Origin: an uncultured Anaerolineales bacterium
GTDB taxonomy: Bacteria > Chloroflexota > Anaerolineae > Anaerolineales > VGOW01
Reading direction: 5' to 3'
Assembly: GCA_964431175.1 (NCBI GenBank)
Contig: CAYSIV010000011.1
Span: forward strand, 1-38,583
Length of the DNA stretch: 38,583 nt
The stretch's first letter is position 1; each line of letters begins with the position of its first letter. Made by a program: the position numbers and the translations under genes. Shown here piece after piece: positions 1 to 7,671 of the stretch. The notes below the pieces were generated by a model. It did no database searches, was not told the origin of the DNA, and worked only from the letters and a program-made list of their open reading frames with translations.

Positions 1-41
1 CGCCTCAGCCCATTCCGACTCGCCCCAGCTTGGCGCAAGTG

Positions 42-70
42 TTAGCTGCTCAGCCCCTCCATGCTATAAT
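42..70 (+). promoter_or_regulatory. candidate promoter of tig (extended -10)
   Basis: TGCTATAAT at 62-70 (TATAAT 65-70 preceded by TG). Weak -35 TTAGCT at 42-47 with a 17-nt spacer. Lies 74 nt upstream of the tig start. Confidence 0.35.
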
Positions 71-143
71 CCGCACGCTAAAAGCGTATTCTGCGTGACC
101 GGCAGAACGGCCCGGGTTTCACGCCTCAGGAAGGAACTCCCCG

Positions 144-1709
144 TTGAAAATTGAACAGACGCCCCTTGAGACTCGCGAAGTCCAGTTGACTGTGGAAGTG
201 GACAATGAGCAGGTGGACAAGGCCAAACGCGCCGCCGCCAAACGGCTGGCGCAAAAATACAACATCCCCGGCTTCCGCAAGGGCAAGGCCCCTTACGAGA
301 TTGCCCTGCGCACTTTTGGTGAAGCGGCGGTGTGGGATAATGCGCTCGGCGAACTGGGCCAGAAGGTGTATCAGACTGCGCTGGACGAGACCAAACTCGA
401 CCCAATTGGGCCCGGCTCACTGCAGGATGTTAAGCTCGATCCGGTCACCTTTATCTTCAACGTGCCACTCAAGCCCGAAGTTGATCTGGGCGCGTACCGT
501 TCGGTGCGTTTTGGCTACACCGAGCCGGAGGTGACCGAAGAGGCCCTCAATGAAGCGATAGAGAATATGCGCGAGTCTCAGGCCGTGCTGGAGCCGGTGG
601 AGCGCCCGTGCCAGTCTGGCGACGTGATCAAGCTGGACATTCGCGCGGTGGTGCTGAATCCGCCGCCGGTGAAAGACGAGTCGGAAGCCGCCACTGAAGA
701 GACGGCCAAACTGGAAGAGGCCGGCGCCGCCGCCGAGGGGGCCGACCCGGCCCCCCCTGAAGCGCGGGCTGAACCGCCCGACCCGGTCGAAGAATTCCTG
801 ATGGACGACAAGGATGTCGCAGTTCTGCTCGATTCCAAAGCGGCCTGGCCAATGCCGGGCTTTGCCGAGAAGGTGACGGGCATGAATGTGGGCGATGAGC
901 GCCACTTTGAATTGACCTTCGCTGACGATTATGCCAACGAAGGATTGCGCGGCCGGACGGCCAAGTTTGACGTGAAGTGTACCGACATCAAAAATCGCAG
1001 TCTGCCAGAGTGGGACGATGAACTGGCGAAGTCGCTCGGCGACTACGAGTCTCTGGCCGACATGCGAACGAAGGTGCAAGACAACCTGCTGAGGATGGCC
1101 AAGCGCCGCGCCGACGATGAATACAGCCGGGCCGTGGTCGACACGGTGGTAGCCGGTTCGGCAATCAAGTATCCGCCCATGTTACTGCAACAGGAAGTGG
1201 ATGGCCTGCTGGAAGACCTCGACCGCCGCTTGCGTGAGCAACGCCTGACGCTTGAAGATTACACGAAAATGCAAAACCTGACGACGGAACAGCTTCGCGA
1301 CAATCTTCAGCCGACGGCCAACGAACGCCTGCGCCGGGGGTTGGTGCTGAGCAAGGTGATTGAACTGGAAAAAGTAGAAGTGTCGCACGAAGAGATTGAT
1401 GAGCGTATCGCTTTAATGGTGGCCCCGTTCGGGCCGGAGGCTGAGAAGTATTTGAAGGTCCTCAACACCGAAAACGGCCATCGCTCGGTGCGGTTGGATT
1501 TGTTGAGCGAGCGGGCGATGCAGAGACTGCTGGCGATTGCCAAGGGTGAAGCGCCGGAGATTCCTGAATCAACCGCCGAAGCTGAAGCCGTCGTCGAGGC
1601 CGAACCTGCGCTCGCTGCGCTCGCTGCGCTCGAAGCCGCCGCCGAAGCGCCCGTCGCTGAAGTTGCGGAACCGCAGGCGGAAACGCCAGAGGCGACGCCG
1701 GCCGAGTAG
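144..1709 (+). CDS. tig: trigger factor
   Basis: 521-aa ORF with the trigger-factor ribosome-binding signature GFRKGKAP near the N-terminus. TTG start at 144 follows AGGAAGGA (128-135). An acidic/Pro-rich insert and an Ala/Glu-rich C-terminal tail make it longer than usual. Confidence 0.9.
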   Translation: MKIEQTPLETREVQLTVEVDNEQVDKAKRAAAKRLAQKYNIPGFRKGKAPYEIALRTFGEAAVWDNALGELGQKVYQTALDETKLDPIGPGSLQDVKLDPVTFIFNVPLKPEVDLGAYRSVRFGYTEPEVTEEALNEAIENMRESQAVLEPVERPCQSGDVIKLDIRAVVLNPPPVKDESEAATEETAKLEEAGAAAEGADPAPPEARAEPPDPVEEFLMDDKDVAVLLDSKAAWPMPGFAEKVTGMNVGDERHFELTFADDYANEGLRGRTAKFDVKCTDIKNRSLPEWDDELAKSLGDYESLADMRTKVQDNLLRMAKRRADDEYSRAVVDTVVAGSAIKYPPMLLQQEVDGLLEDLDRRLREQRLTLEDYTKMQNLTTEQLRDNLQPTANERLRRGLVLSKVIELEKVEVSHEEIDERIALMVAPFGPEAEKYLKVLNTENGHRSVRLDLLSERAMQRLLAIAKGEAPEIPESTAEAEAVVEAEPALAALAALEAAAEAPVAEVAEPQAETPEATPAE

Positions 1710-1714
1710 CTTAT

Positions 1715-1782
1715 AGGTGACTGTCACCGGGGAGAGAAATGCCTGAATTTCATCACACCGCATTGCCCGGTGACAGTCACCT
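1715..1782. repeat. perfect 17-bp inverted repeat; possible tig terminator or paired operator
   Basis: AGGTGACTGTCACCGGG (1715-1731) and its exact reverse complement (1766-1782). Each arm contains the palindrome GGTGAC-N-GTCACC. Confidence 0.6.
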
Positions 1783-1917
1783 TGTGAGGTTTAGAGAGCT
1801 GAGCCGATAGCCAAACGGCTAGGCGGGCTGTTAGCAATACTCTAACAGTCGCCGTGCTAGGTTAGGCAATACAATTCCGGCGCTGTCAAGACGCGCAATT
1901 TGAAAGGACTTACCAAG

Positions 1918-2538
1918 ATGCAGATTCCACACAACCTTATTCCAATGGTGATTGAAACGTCCGGGCGGGGCGAACGGGCTTACGACATTTACTCCCTTTT
2001 GCTCAAGAACCGCATCATCTTTGTGGGCACGCCCATCAACGATCAGGTGGCAAACGTGATCGTGGCCCAGCTTCTCTTCCTTAACCAGGAAGACCCCGAG
2101 AAGCTGATTCAAATGTATATCAACTCGCCCGGCGGCCAGATTTACGCCGGCCTAGCGATCTACGATACCATGCAACAAATGACGGCTCCGGTTTCCACCG
2201 TCGCCGTCGGCGTCACCGCCTCTTTTGGCACGGTGCTCCTCACCGCCGGCACCAAAGGCTACCGCTATGCTCTGCCCAACGCCACCATCCACCTCCACCA
2301 GCCGCTGGGCGGGGCGCAGGGCCAGGCCACCGACATTGAAATTCAAGCCAAAGAGATTCTGCGCTTGCGCGAAAAACTCAACGTCATTCTGGCCAAGCAC
2401 ACGTCTCAAACCCTGGAGGCGATCGAGCGCGACGTCGAACGCGACTTCTACCTCGATGCCGAAGGCGCCGTCAAATACGGCTTGATCGATCAGATTCTCA
2501 TGGCTCCGGAACGATCGGACAACGGCAAGAAAGCCTGA
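1918..2538 (+). CDS. clpP: ATP-dependent Clp protease proteolytic subunit
   Basis: N-terminus [22 protein letters not shown], catalytic Ser context GVTASFG, His context [12 protein letters not shown] at 1918 follows AAAGGA (1903-1908). The ORF-track start at 1900 (TTG) is less likely. Confidence 0.9.
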   Translation: MQIPHNLIPMVIETSGRGERAYDIYSLLLKNRIIFVGTPINDQVANVIVAQLLFLNQEDPEKLIQMYINSPGGQIYAGLAIYDTMQQMTAPVSTVAVGVTASFGTVLLTAGTKGYRYALPNATIHLHQPLGGAQGQATDIEIQAKEILRLREKLNVILAKHTSQTLEAIERDVERDFYLDAEGAVKYGLIDQILMAPERSDNGKKA

Positions 2539-2583
2539 GCGATAACCGGTTCCAGAGTCAACAATGTTATACTCGCCACAGAG

Positions 2584-2613
2584 CGCACAGAGAAGTCTTC
2601 TGTGCGTTTTGTT
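2584..2613 (+). terminator. Rho-independent terminator after clpP
   Basis: Stem CGCACAGA (2584-2591) / TCTGTGCG (2599-2606), followed by TTTTGTT. Confidence 0.55.
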
Positions 2614-2632
2614 GCCTGGAGTGATTACCGAT

Positions 2633-3262
2633 ATGTTGAAACGATTTGCAATTTCACTGCTTGCCTTGTGGCTGGCGGCGTGCCAGAGTGGGACGGAGAC
2701 AGAGACCGCCACATTGCCGCCGACCGCCATCCAGCCGCCGCCCACCAGCACTTCAACGCCAACCCTTAGGCCGACGTTTACCTTCACCCCAACCCTAACC
2801 CCAACCCCTACCTTCACCTCAACCCCCACGGCCACCGCAACGTTCACGCCCACGCCGACAGCCACTCCTGTCAGCGGCAGTTTTGTTGTTAACTGCAATA
2901 ACAGCGAACAACTGTGCCTGCCAATATTTTCGGCCACGATTGTTGCCGACGCGCCCTCGCTCCTGCAGGTGAGCTATATAGCCGCCTCCACCCACTGTGC
3001 TTCAGTTCGTATTCACTTTTCGCTGAATGGCGTTGCGGTGTATACCAGCGGCTTTTTGGGATGGCCGGGAGCGCCGGCGCCCTTTGATACCCTGCCGCGC
3101 GGCACCGGCCCGATCAATCTGAGCAAGGTCCCAGCCGGGAAGCACGTGCTGGATCTGCAAGCCGAAGGTCAATCGAGCGGCTGTAATGCCGGGGCCCCGG
3201 CAAGCTGGGGCGGCTCCTATTCGTTGAAACTGCTCCCCATAACGCCTACACCGACACCGTGA
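2633..3262 (+). CDS. lipoprotein with PT-rich linker and Cys-containing C-terminal domain, function unknown
   Basis: MLKRFAISLLALWLAAC is a signal peptide plus lipobox. It is followed by a TPT-rich linker and a roughly 130-aa domain. Start at 2633 is preferred because the longer ORF (2564) would run through the clpP terminator. Confidence 0.7.
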   Translation: MLKRFAISLLALWLAACQSGTETETATLPPTAIQPPPTSTSTPTLRPTFTFTPTLTPTPTFTSTPTATATFTPTPTATPVSGSFVVNCNNSEQLCLPIFSATIVADAPSLLQVSYIAASTHCASVRIHFSLNGVAVYTSGFLGWPGAPAPFDTLPRGTGPINLSKVPAGKHVLDLQAEGQSSGCNAGAPASWGGSYSLKLLPITPTPTP

Positions 3263-3293
3263 TTTTCTATTACGATTCCATCGTAGACTTCCC

Positions 3294-4097
3294 ATGCTCT
3301 CCCTCTCCTCCATCCGTCACCTCATCATCGACATGGACGGCGTGCTCTGGCACGGCGAGACAGCCCTCCCCGGCTTGGTCGAGTTCTTTGTCTTTCTTCG
3401 CCGCCATTCGATTCGATTCGTTCTGGCCACCAACAACGCCAGCCAGACGCCGGATCAATTCGTCGCCAAACTTGGGCGGATGGGTGTGGCCGTCGCCGGC
3501 GACGAGATTTTGACCTCGGCTCAGGCCGCGGCCATTTACCTGAAAGGGATAGCGCCAAAAGGCGAACCGGTGTATACCATAGGTGAGGCTGGCGTGACTC
3601 AGGCTCTGGTTGAGCAGGGCTTTACTCTCAGCGATGACCAGGCGAAGTACGTGGTGGTTGGCATGGATCGCGGGCTGACCTGGGAGAAGCTGGCGCGGGC
3701 CACCTTGAACATCCGCGCCGGGGCAACCTTCATTGGCACCAACCCCGACACCACTTTTCCGAGCGAGCGCGGCATCACCCATGGCAATGGCGCGGTTCTG
3801 GCCCTGCTGCAAACGGCGAGCGAAGTCCCGCCCATCATCGTGGGCAAGCCTGAGCCGATTATGTATCAACAGGCCATGGCTCGCCTCGGCGGCAATTCTA
3901 CCAACACGGTTGCCCTGGGTGACCGGCTGGAGACCGACATCCTGGGGGCGGTGAACGCCGGCATTCGCAGCATCTTCGTGCTCTCAGGCGTCTCGACTCG
4001 CGAACAAGTGGCGGGCGTGAACTACCAGCCCGACTGGATTCTTGATAACATTGCCGACCTGACCACACGCTGGCAAGCGAACTATGACTCGACCTAA
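3294..4097 (+). CDS. HAD-IIA (NagD-like) sugar-phosphate phosphatase
   Basis: HAD motifs DMDGVLW, ATNNAS, GKPEP and GDRLETDI in canonical order. Confidence 0.8.
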   Translation: MLSLSSIRHLIIDMDGVLWHGETALPGLVEFFVFLRRHSIRFVLATNNASQTPDQFVAKLGRMGVAVAGDEILTSAQAAAIYLKGIAPKGEPVYTIGEAGVTQALVEQGFTLSDDQAKYVVVGMDRGLTWEKLARATLNIRAGATFIGTNPDTTFPSERGITHGNGAVLALLQTASEVPPIIVGKPEPIMYQQAMARLGGNSTNTVALGDRLETDILGAVNAGIRSIFVLSGVSTREQVAGVNYQPDWILDNIADLTTRWQANYDST

Positions 4098-5646
4098 GCC
4101 CTTACCTGAACTGGAAAAACGCCTGGCCGAGGCCAACGCCAAAATTGCCCGCAACTCCGGCGACTGGCAAGCCTTCACGACCCGGGCGGTCATTCACAAG
4201 CAATTGGAGCGCTACCCTGAAGCCGCCGCCGACTACACCTCGGCGCTTGAACTCCAGCCGCGTAACACCCAAATTCTGTTGGACCGGGCCGCTATCTACC
4301 GATTGATGGATGATAACCGGCTGGCCATCACCGACCTCATACAAGTCATTGAGATCGACCCGAACCTTGGCCAGGCCTATTATCAACGCGCGCGTTGCCT
4401 GGAGGAGATGGGCCAGCCCGAGCGCGCCATCGCCGACTACGGCAAGTGCCTCAAGCTGATGCCCGACAAGCCCCACGGCTATTTTGGCCGCGGCGACGCG
4501 TTTATGAAACTCAAGCAATACGATGCCGCCGTCGCCGATCTGAGCAAGGCCATCTCCCTCGCCCCTAAAGTGGCGGCCAGCTACAGCCTGCGGGCGCTGG
4601 CTTACTACTGGCTCAAGCAGTTGGATCATTCGCTGGCCGACTATCAAATGGCCGTTACCCTGGAGCCGGACAACCCGCTTTACTTGCACAACTGTGGCGT
4701 CGCCTATTTTGAACTCAAACAATACAAGCCAGCTGTCGCCGAATTTGATAAAGCCGTTCAGGCCGCCCCCCGGCAAGTCGAAAGCTATTTCTTCCGTGGG
4801 CGGGCTTATACCGGTCTTAGCCAGCTTCGACCGGCCATCAAGGATTTCGACAAGGTGCTGGCTCTGAAGGACAACCATAAAGAAGCGCTTTCGATGCGCG
4901 GCACAGCCTTGCTTGAGTTGAAAGATTACAAGGCCCTGGCCGAGAACGACGAGAGACTGCTGGCCATTGATCAGCGAAACGCCGACGCTTACTACCGGCG
5001 CGGGCTGGTGGCCATGGACAATCGGCTGATTGATGAGGCCATGCAGGGTTTTACCCAGGCCATTCTCAACCGCCCGACCTTTGCCGCCGCTTATGAAGAA
5101 CGGGCGCGCATCCACGCCATGCGGGCCGACAAACGCTCGGCTCTCTCCGACCTCACCGCCGCCATCGAACACGGGCTGGATGACCCGGTGGTGTTTGCCT
5201 TGCACGGCAAGCTGTTGAAAGAGAAAGGCGACTTCACTTCAGCGCTTGAAGATTATGATCGGGCTATTGCGGGTCTGCCAGAGTCGGTTGAACTCTATCG
5301 AGATCGGGGCGAGATTCACTACCGTCTTCGTAACTACAAACAAGCCGTCGGCGATTTTTTGCATTGTGCTCAAACCCGCCCCAACGATCCGGTGCTCAGG
5401 TTCAACCTGGGAAGCGCCTATTACGAAAACAACCAGATAGACGAAGCGCTCGAAGCTTTCTCGCGCGCGATTGCTTTGGATCGCAACGACCTGCCCAGCT
5501 ACCTCAGCCGGGCCGATATTTATTTTGTGCGCGGCGATTTCAAGCGGGCCACCGAAGATTATAAGAAGGTGGCCCAAAGCGCCCGCGACCCCAAAACCAA
5601 ACAACTGGCTGAAGAACGCCTGGCCCAGATTGTGGCTATGAAATGA
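4084..5646 (+). CDS. tetratricopeptide (TPR) repeat protein
   Basis: 520 aa made almost entirely of 34-aa TPR-like units (A..Y..AL.L.P). Overlaps the HAD gene by 14 nt and rlmN by ATGA, suggesting one operon. Confidence 0.85.
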   Translation: MTRPKPLPELEKRLAEANAKIARNSGDWQAFTTRAVIHKQLERYPEAAADYTSALELQPRNTQILLDRAAIYRLMDDNRLAITDLIQVIEIDPNLGQAYYQRARCLEEMGQPERAIADYGKCLKLMPDKPHGYFGRGDAFMKLKQYDAAVADLSKAISLAPKVAASYSLRALAYYWLKQLDHSLADYQMAVTLEPDNPLYLHNCGVAYFELKQYKPAVAEFDKAVQAAPRQVESYFFRGRAYTGLSQLRPAIKDFDKVLALKDNHKEALSMRGTALLELKDYKALAENDERLLAIDQRNADAYYRRGLVAMDNRLIDEAMQGFTQAILNRPTFAAAYEERARIHAMRADKRSALSDLTAAIEHGLDDPVVFALHGKLLKEKGDFTSALEDYDRAIAGLPESVELYRDRGEIHYRLRNYKQAVGDFLHCAQTRPNDPVLRFNLGSAYYENNQIDEALEAFSRAIALDRNDLPSYLSRADIYFVRGDFKRATEDYKKVAQSARDPKTKQLAEERLAQIVAMK

Positions 5647-6695
5647 ATTTCCTTTTTGATCTCTCGCTGTCAGACCTCACCCAATTGTTTGCCGGATGGG
5701 GGGAACCTGCCTTTCGCGCCAAACAAGTGTGGGGCTGGGCCTACCAGCGGCTGGCGCCGTCGTTCGAGGCCATGACCGATTTGCCCAAGGCTCTCCGCCA
5801 GCACCTCAGCACCGAACTGCAATTCAGTCACCTCACGCCCGCAATTGATTTACACTCCACCGACGGCACGACCCACAAACTGCTGTTCCGTCTGGCCGAT
5901 GGCCGCCAAATTGAAAGCGTGCTAATGGGTTACAACCAGCGCCAGACAGCCTGTATCTCCACTCAGGCCGGGTGCGCCATGGGGTGCGTGTTCTGCGCCA
6001 CCGGCCAGATGGGCTTCGAGCGCCACCTGAGCGCCGGCGAAATTGTGGAGCAGGTGTTGTGGTTCGCCCGCGAACTGCAAAAGAAAGACGACAGGCTATC
6101 GAACGTGGTCGTCATGGGCATGGGCGAGCCGTTTCACAACTACAACGCCACCCTGGCCGCTGTGGATCGGTTGACCGACTCTGAAGGGTTAAACTTCGGC
6201 GCCCGCCGCATCACTCTGTCCACAGTCGGCCTGGCGCCGATGATCGAGCGCTTCGCGGCCGAGAGGCGGCAGGTGAATTTGGCCGTTTCCCTTCACGCCG
6301 CCACCGACGACTTGCGGAGCGAGCTGCTGCCCATCAATAAGAAGTATCCGCTTGGCGTTTTATTCCCGGCCTGCCGGGAGTACGTTGCCAAAACAGGCCG
6401 CCGCATCTCGTTCGAGTGGGCGCTCATTCAGGGCCAGAATGACACCCCGGCTCAGGCGCACGCCCTGGTAAAGCTCATCACCCAACCCAAACTGTTGTGC
6501 CATGTCAACGTCATCCCGCTCAACCCCACGGACGATTACGCCGGGGCGGCGGCCACGCGCGAACGGGTCGCCAACTTCAAAGCTATTTTAGAAGCCGGCG
6601 GCGTCACCTGCACCGTCCGCGTCCGGCGCGGCATTGACATCAACGCCGGGTGCGGACAGTTGCGGGTAGCGGCTGGCAAATCCGCGCCGGCGTAA
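5643..6695 (+). CDS. rlmN: 23S rRNA/tRNA (adenine-C2)-methyltransferase, radical SAM
   Basis: CAMGCVFCATGQMG radical-SAM cluster motif, GMGEP, and the C-terminal catalytic Cys context DINAGCGQL. Confidence 0.9.
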   Translation: MNFLFDLSLSDLTQLFAGWGEPAFRAKQVWGWAYQRLAPSFEAMTDLPKALRQHLSTELQFSHLTPAIDLHSTDGTTHKLLFRLADGRQIESVLMGYNQRQTACISTQAGCAMGCVFCATGQMGFERHLSAGEIVEQVLWFARELQKKDDRLSNVVVMGMGEPFHNYNATLAAVDRLTDSEGLNFGARRITLSTVGLAPMIERFAAERRQVNLAVSLHAATDDLRSELLPINKKYPLGVLFPACREYVAKTGRRISFEWALIQGQNDTPAQAHALVKLITQPKLLCHVNVIPLNPTDDYAGAAATRERVANFKAILEAGGVTCTVRVRRGIDINAGCGQLRVAAGKSAPA

Positions 6696-6713
6696 TTGAA
6701 ATAAAACCTTGTC

Positions 6714-6880
6714 CAGCCAACGCAGGACCTTCCCAAAGTCCATTGACAAAACTTAGGCAATAGGCGTGGGAGCGCGTTGCACGCGCGATTGGCGCTTGTT
6801 CCACGCCCGTCGCGGTTGCACGCTTCGCGGCTCCCACGTTGGCGCGAAGGCGACTTTGGGAAAGTCCTGACAGCCAACGC
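6714..6880. mobile_element. MITE-like non-autonomous element (147 bp, 18-bp terminal inverted repeats, 10-bp flanking direct repeat)
   Basis: TIRs at 6723-6740 and 6852-6869 are complementary at 17 of 18 positions. Exact direct repeat CAGCCAACGC at 6714-6723 and 6871-6880. Internal stem 6765-6773 / 6830-6838. Confidence 0.45.
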
Positions 6881-6888
6881 TTGGGCGG

Positions 6889-6917
6889 TTGACGTTCAGG
6901 CGTTTTTTTGTTATGCT
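6889..6917 (+). promoter_or_regulatory. promoter of the fur-family/cbi operon
   Basis: TTGACG (6889-6894), 17-nt spacer, TATGCT (6912-6917) preceded by TG at 6909-6910 (extended -10). Confidence 0.6.
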
Positions 6918-6924
6918 GTCGGTG

Positions 6925-6946
6925 TTATTGCAAGTATTTGCAATAA
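6925..6946. promoter_or_regulatory. palindromic operator (Fur-family/Nur-like box)
   Basis: TTATTGCAA-GTAT-TTGCAATAA is a perfect 9-bp inverted repeat. It starts 8 bp after the -10 hexamer and so covers the expected TSS. Confidence 0.6.
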
Positions 6947-7108
6947 GCCAAGAACGGGTTCCCTGGACAGGCCTTCGTGCTTGGTGATTTCAACGCCATG
7001 TAACAAGAAGGGGGATGTTAGAGCAGATTCCTGATTGGTTTATGGCTTTTGGAGTCGAGCCTTTAGGCGGTTCCGGCTGAAGCCTCGACTCCGTTGCCGT
7101 AAACGGAT

Positions 7109-7603
7109 ATGGAATCTGCTCTAGACTCATCGAAGAGCGGCATGACCCATCATACCTTTGACTACACCGCCCTCATGCGCGAGCACGGTTTTCGGGTGAC
7201 ACCTCAGCGTCAATTGATCCTGGATGTGATCTGTGAGAGCAGGGGACATATGACACCTGAGGAAATTTATAAGCATGTCCACGCCCAGGCGCCGGCTGTT
7301 AACCGGGCCACCATCTATCGCAACCTGGATTTTCTGTGCGACATGCGGCTGGTGGTAGCCGCCCAAATCGGCGGGCAAATGCACTACGAAATTGCCGGGG
7401 AAGTTCCTCATCATCATTTGATCTGCCGCAAATGCAATAAGATCATGCAAATCAGTCACGATGTTGTGAAAGGCCTATTTGACGAGATTCAACGCGAGAA
7501 AAAATTCGTAATAGATATGGATCATGTGACCCTCTTCGGGTTATGTCAGAAATGCCAACGCGCCGAACTTCGTTCAGTGGCTCGCCCTAAAAGCCGGAAA
7601 TGA
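7109..7603 (+). CDS. Fur-family metalloregulator (possibly Nur/nickel-responsive)
   Basis: VTPQRQLILD winged-helix region, HHHLICRKC and CQKC (two CxxC pairs). The start may instead be the ATG at 7142 (MTHHTFDY...). Confidence 0.85.
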   Translation: MESALDSSKSGMTHHTFDYTALMREHGFRVTPQRQLILDVICESRGHMTPEEIYKHVHAQAPAVNRATIYRNLDFLCDMRLVVAAQIGGQMHYEIAGEVPHHHLICRKCNKIMQISHDVVKGLFDEIQREKKFVIDMDHVTLFGLCQKCQRAELRSVARPKSRK

Positions 7604-7671
7604 GGGCGACTCACAGTTTGCTTTTTGAAAGACTCAATTCAAATCTGTATCTGCCAAAGGAGAATGAGGCC

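Noticed and set aside
2539-2632. Absence of clpX after tig-clpP.
   Set aside because: The gene order differs from the common tig-clpP-clpX arrangement, but clpX is often elsewhere in the genome. A clean terminator follows clpP, so this is not evidence of anything unusual.
2152-2937. 261-aa minus-strand ORF rich in VGV repeats. Similar ORFs at 36149-36520 and 38275-38583.
   Set aside because: They are reverse-complement readings of the PT-rich linker repeats (ACN CCN codons read antisense as GTN GGN). They overlap well-supported plus-strand genes.
4102-5205. 367-aa ORF antisense to the TPR gene. Similar long antisense ORFs occur at 31404-32570 (388 aa, opposite etfA), 23604-24587 (327 aa, opposite the fusion gene), 417-1079 and 3270-3869.
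   Set aside because: These are typical shadow ORFs of high-GC coding DNA. Their products are Arg/Gly/Ala/Pro-rich and low in complexity, they carry no recognisable motifs, and the opposite strand encodes clearly recognisable proteins.
6777-7034. 85-aa ORF in the rlmN/fur spacer.
   Set aside because: It spans the MITE-like element, the promoter and the operator. It has Arg/Ala-rich composition and no RBS, so it is better explained as non-coding.
6947-7108. Expected cobalamin riboswitch upstream of the cbiM-type transporter.
   Set aside because: I could not find a B12-box-like sequence or the usual conserved core. The leader instead follows a palindromic operator and precedes a Fur-family gene. 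A covariance-model scan is still needed to exclude it formally.
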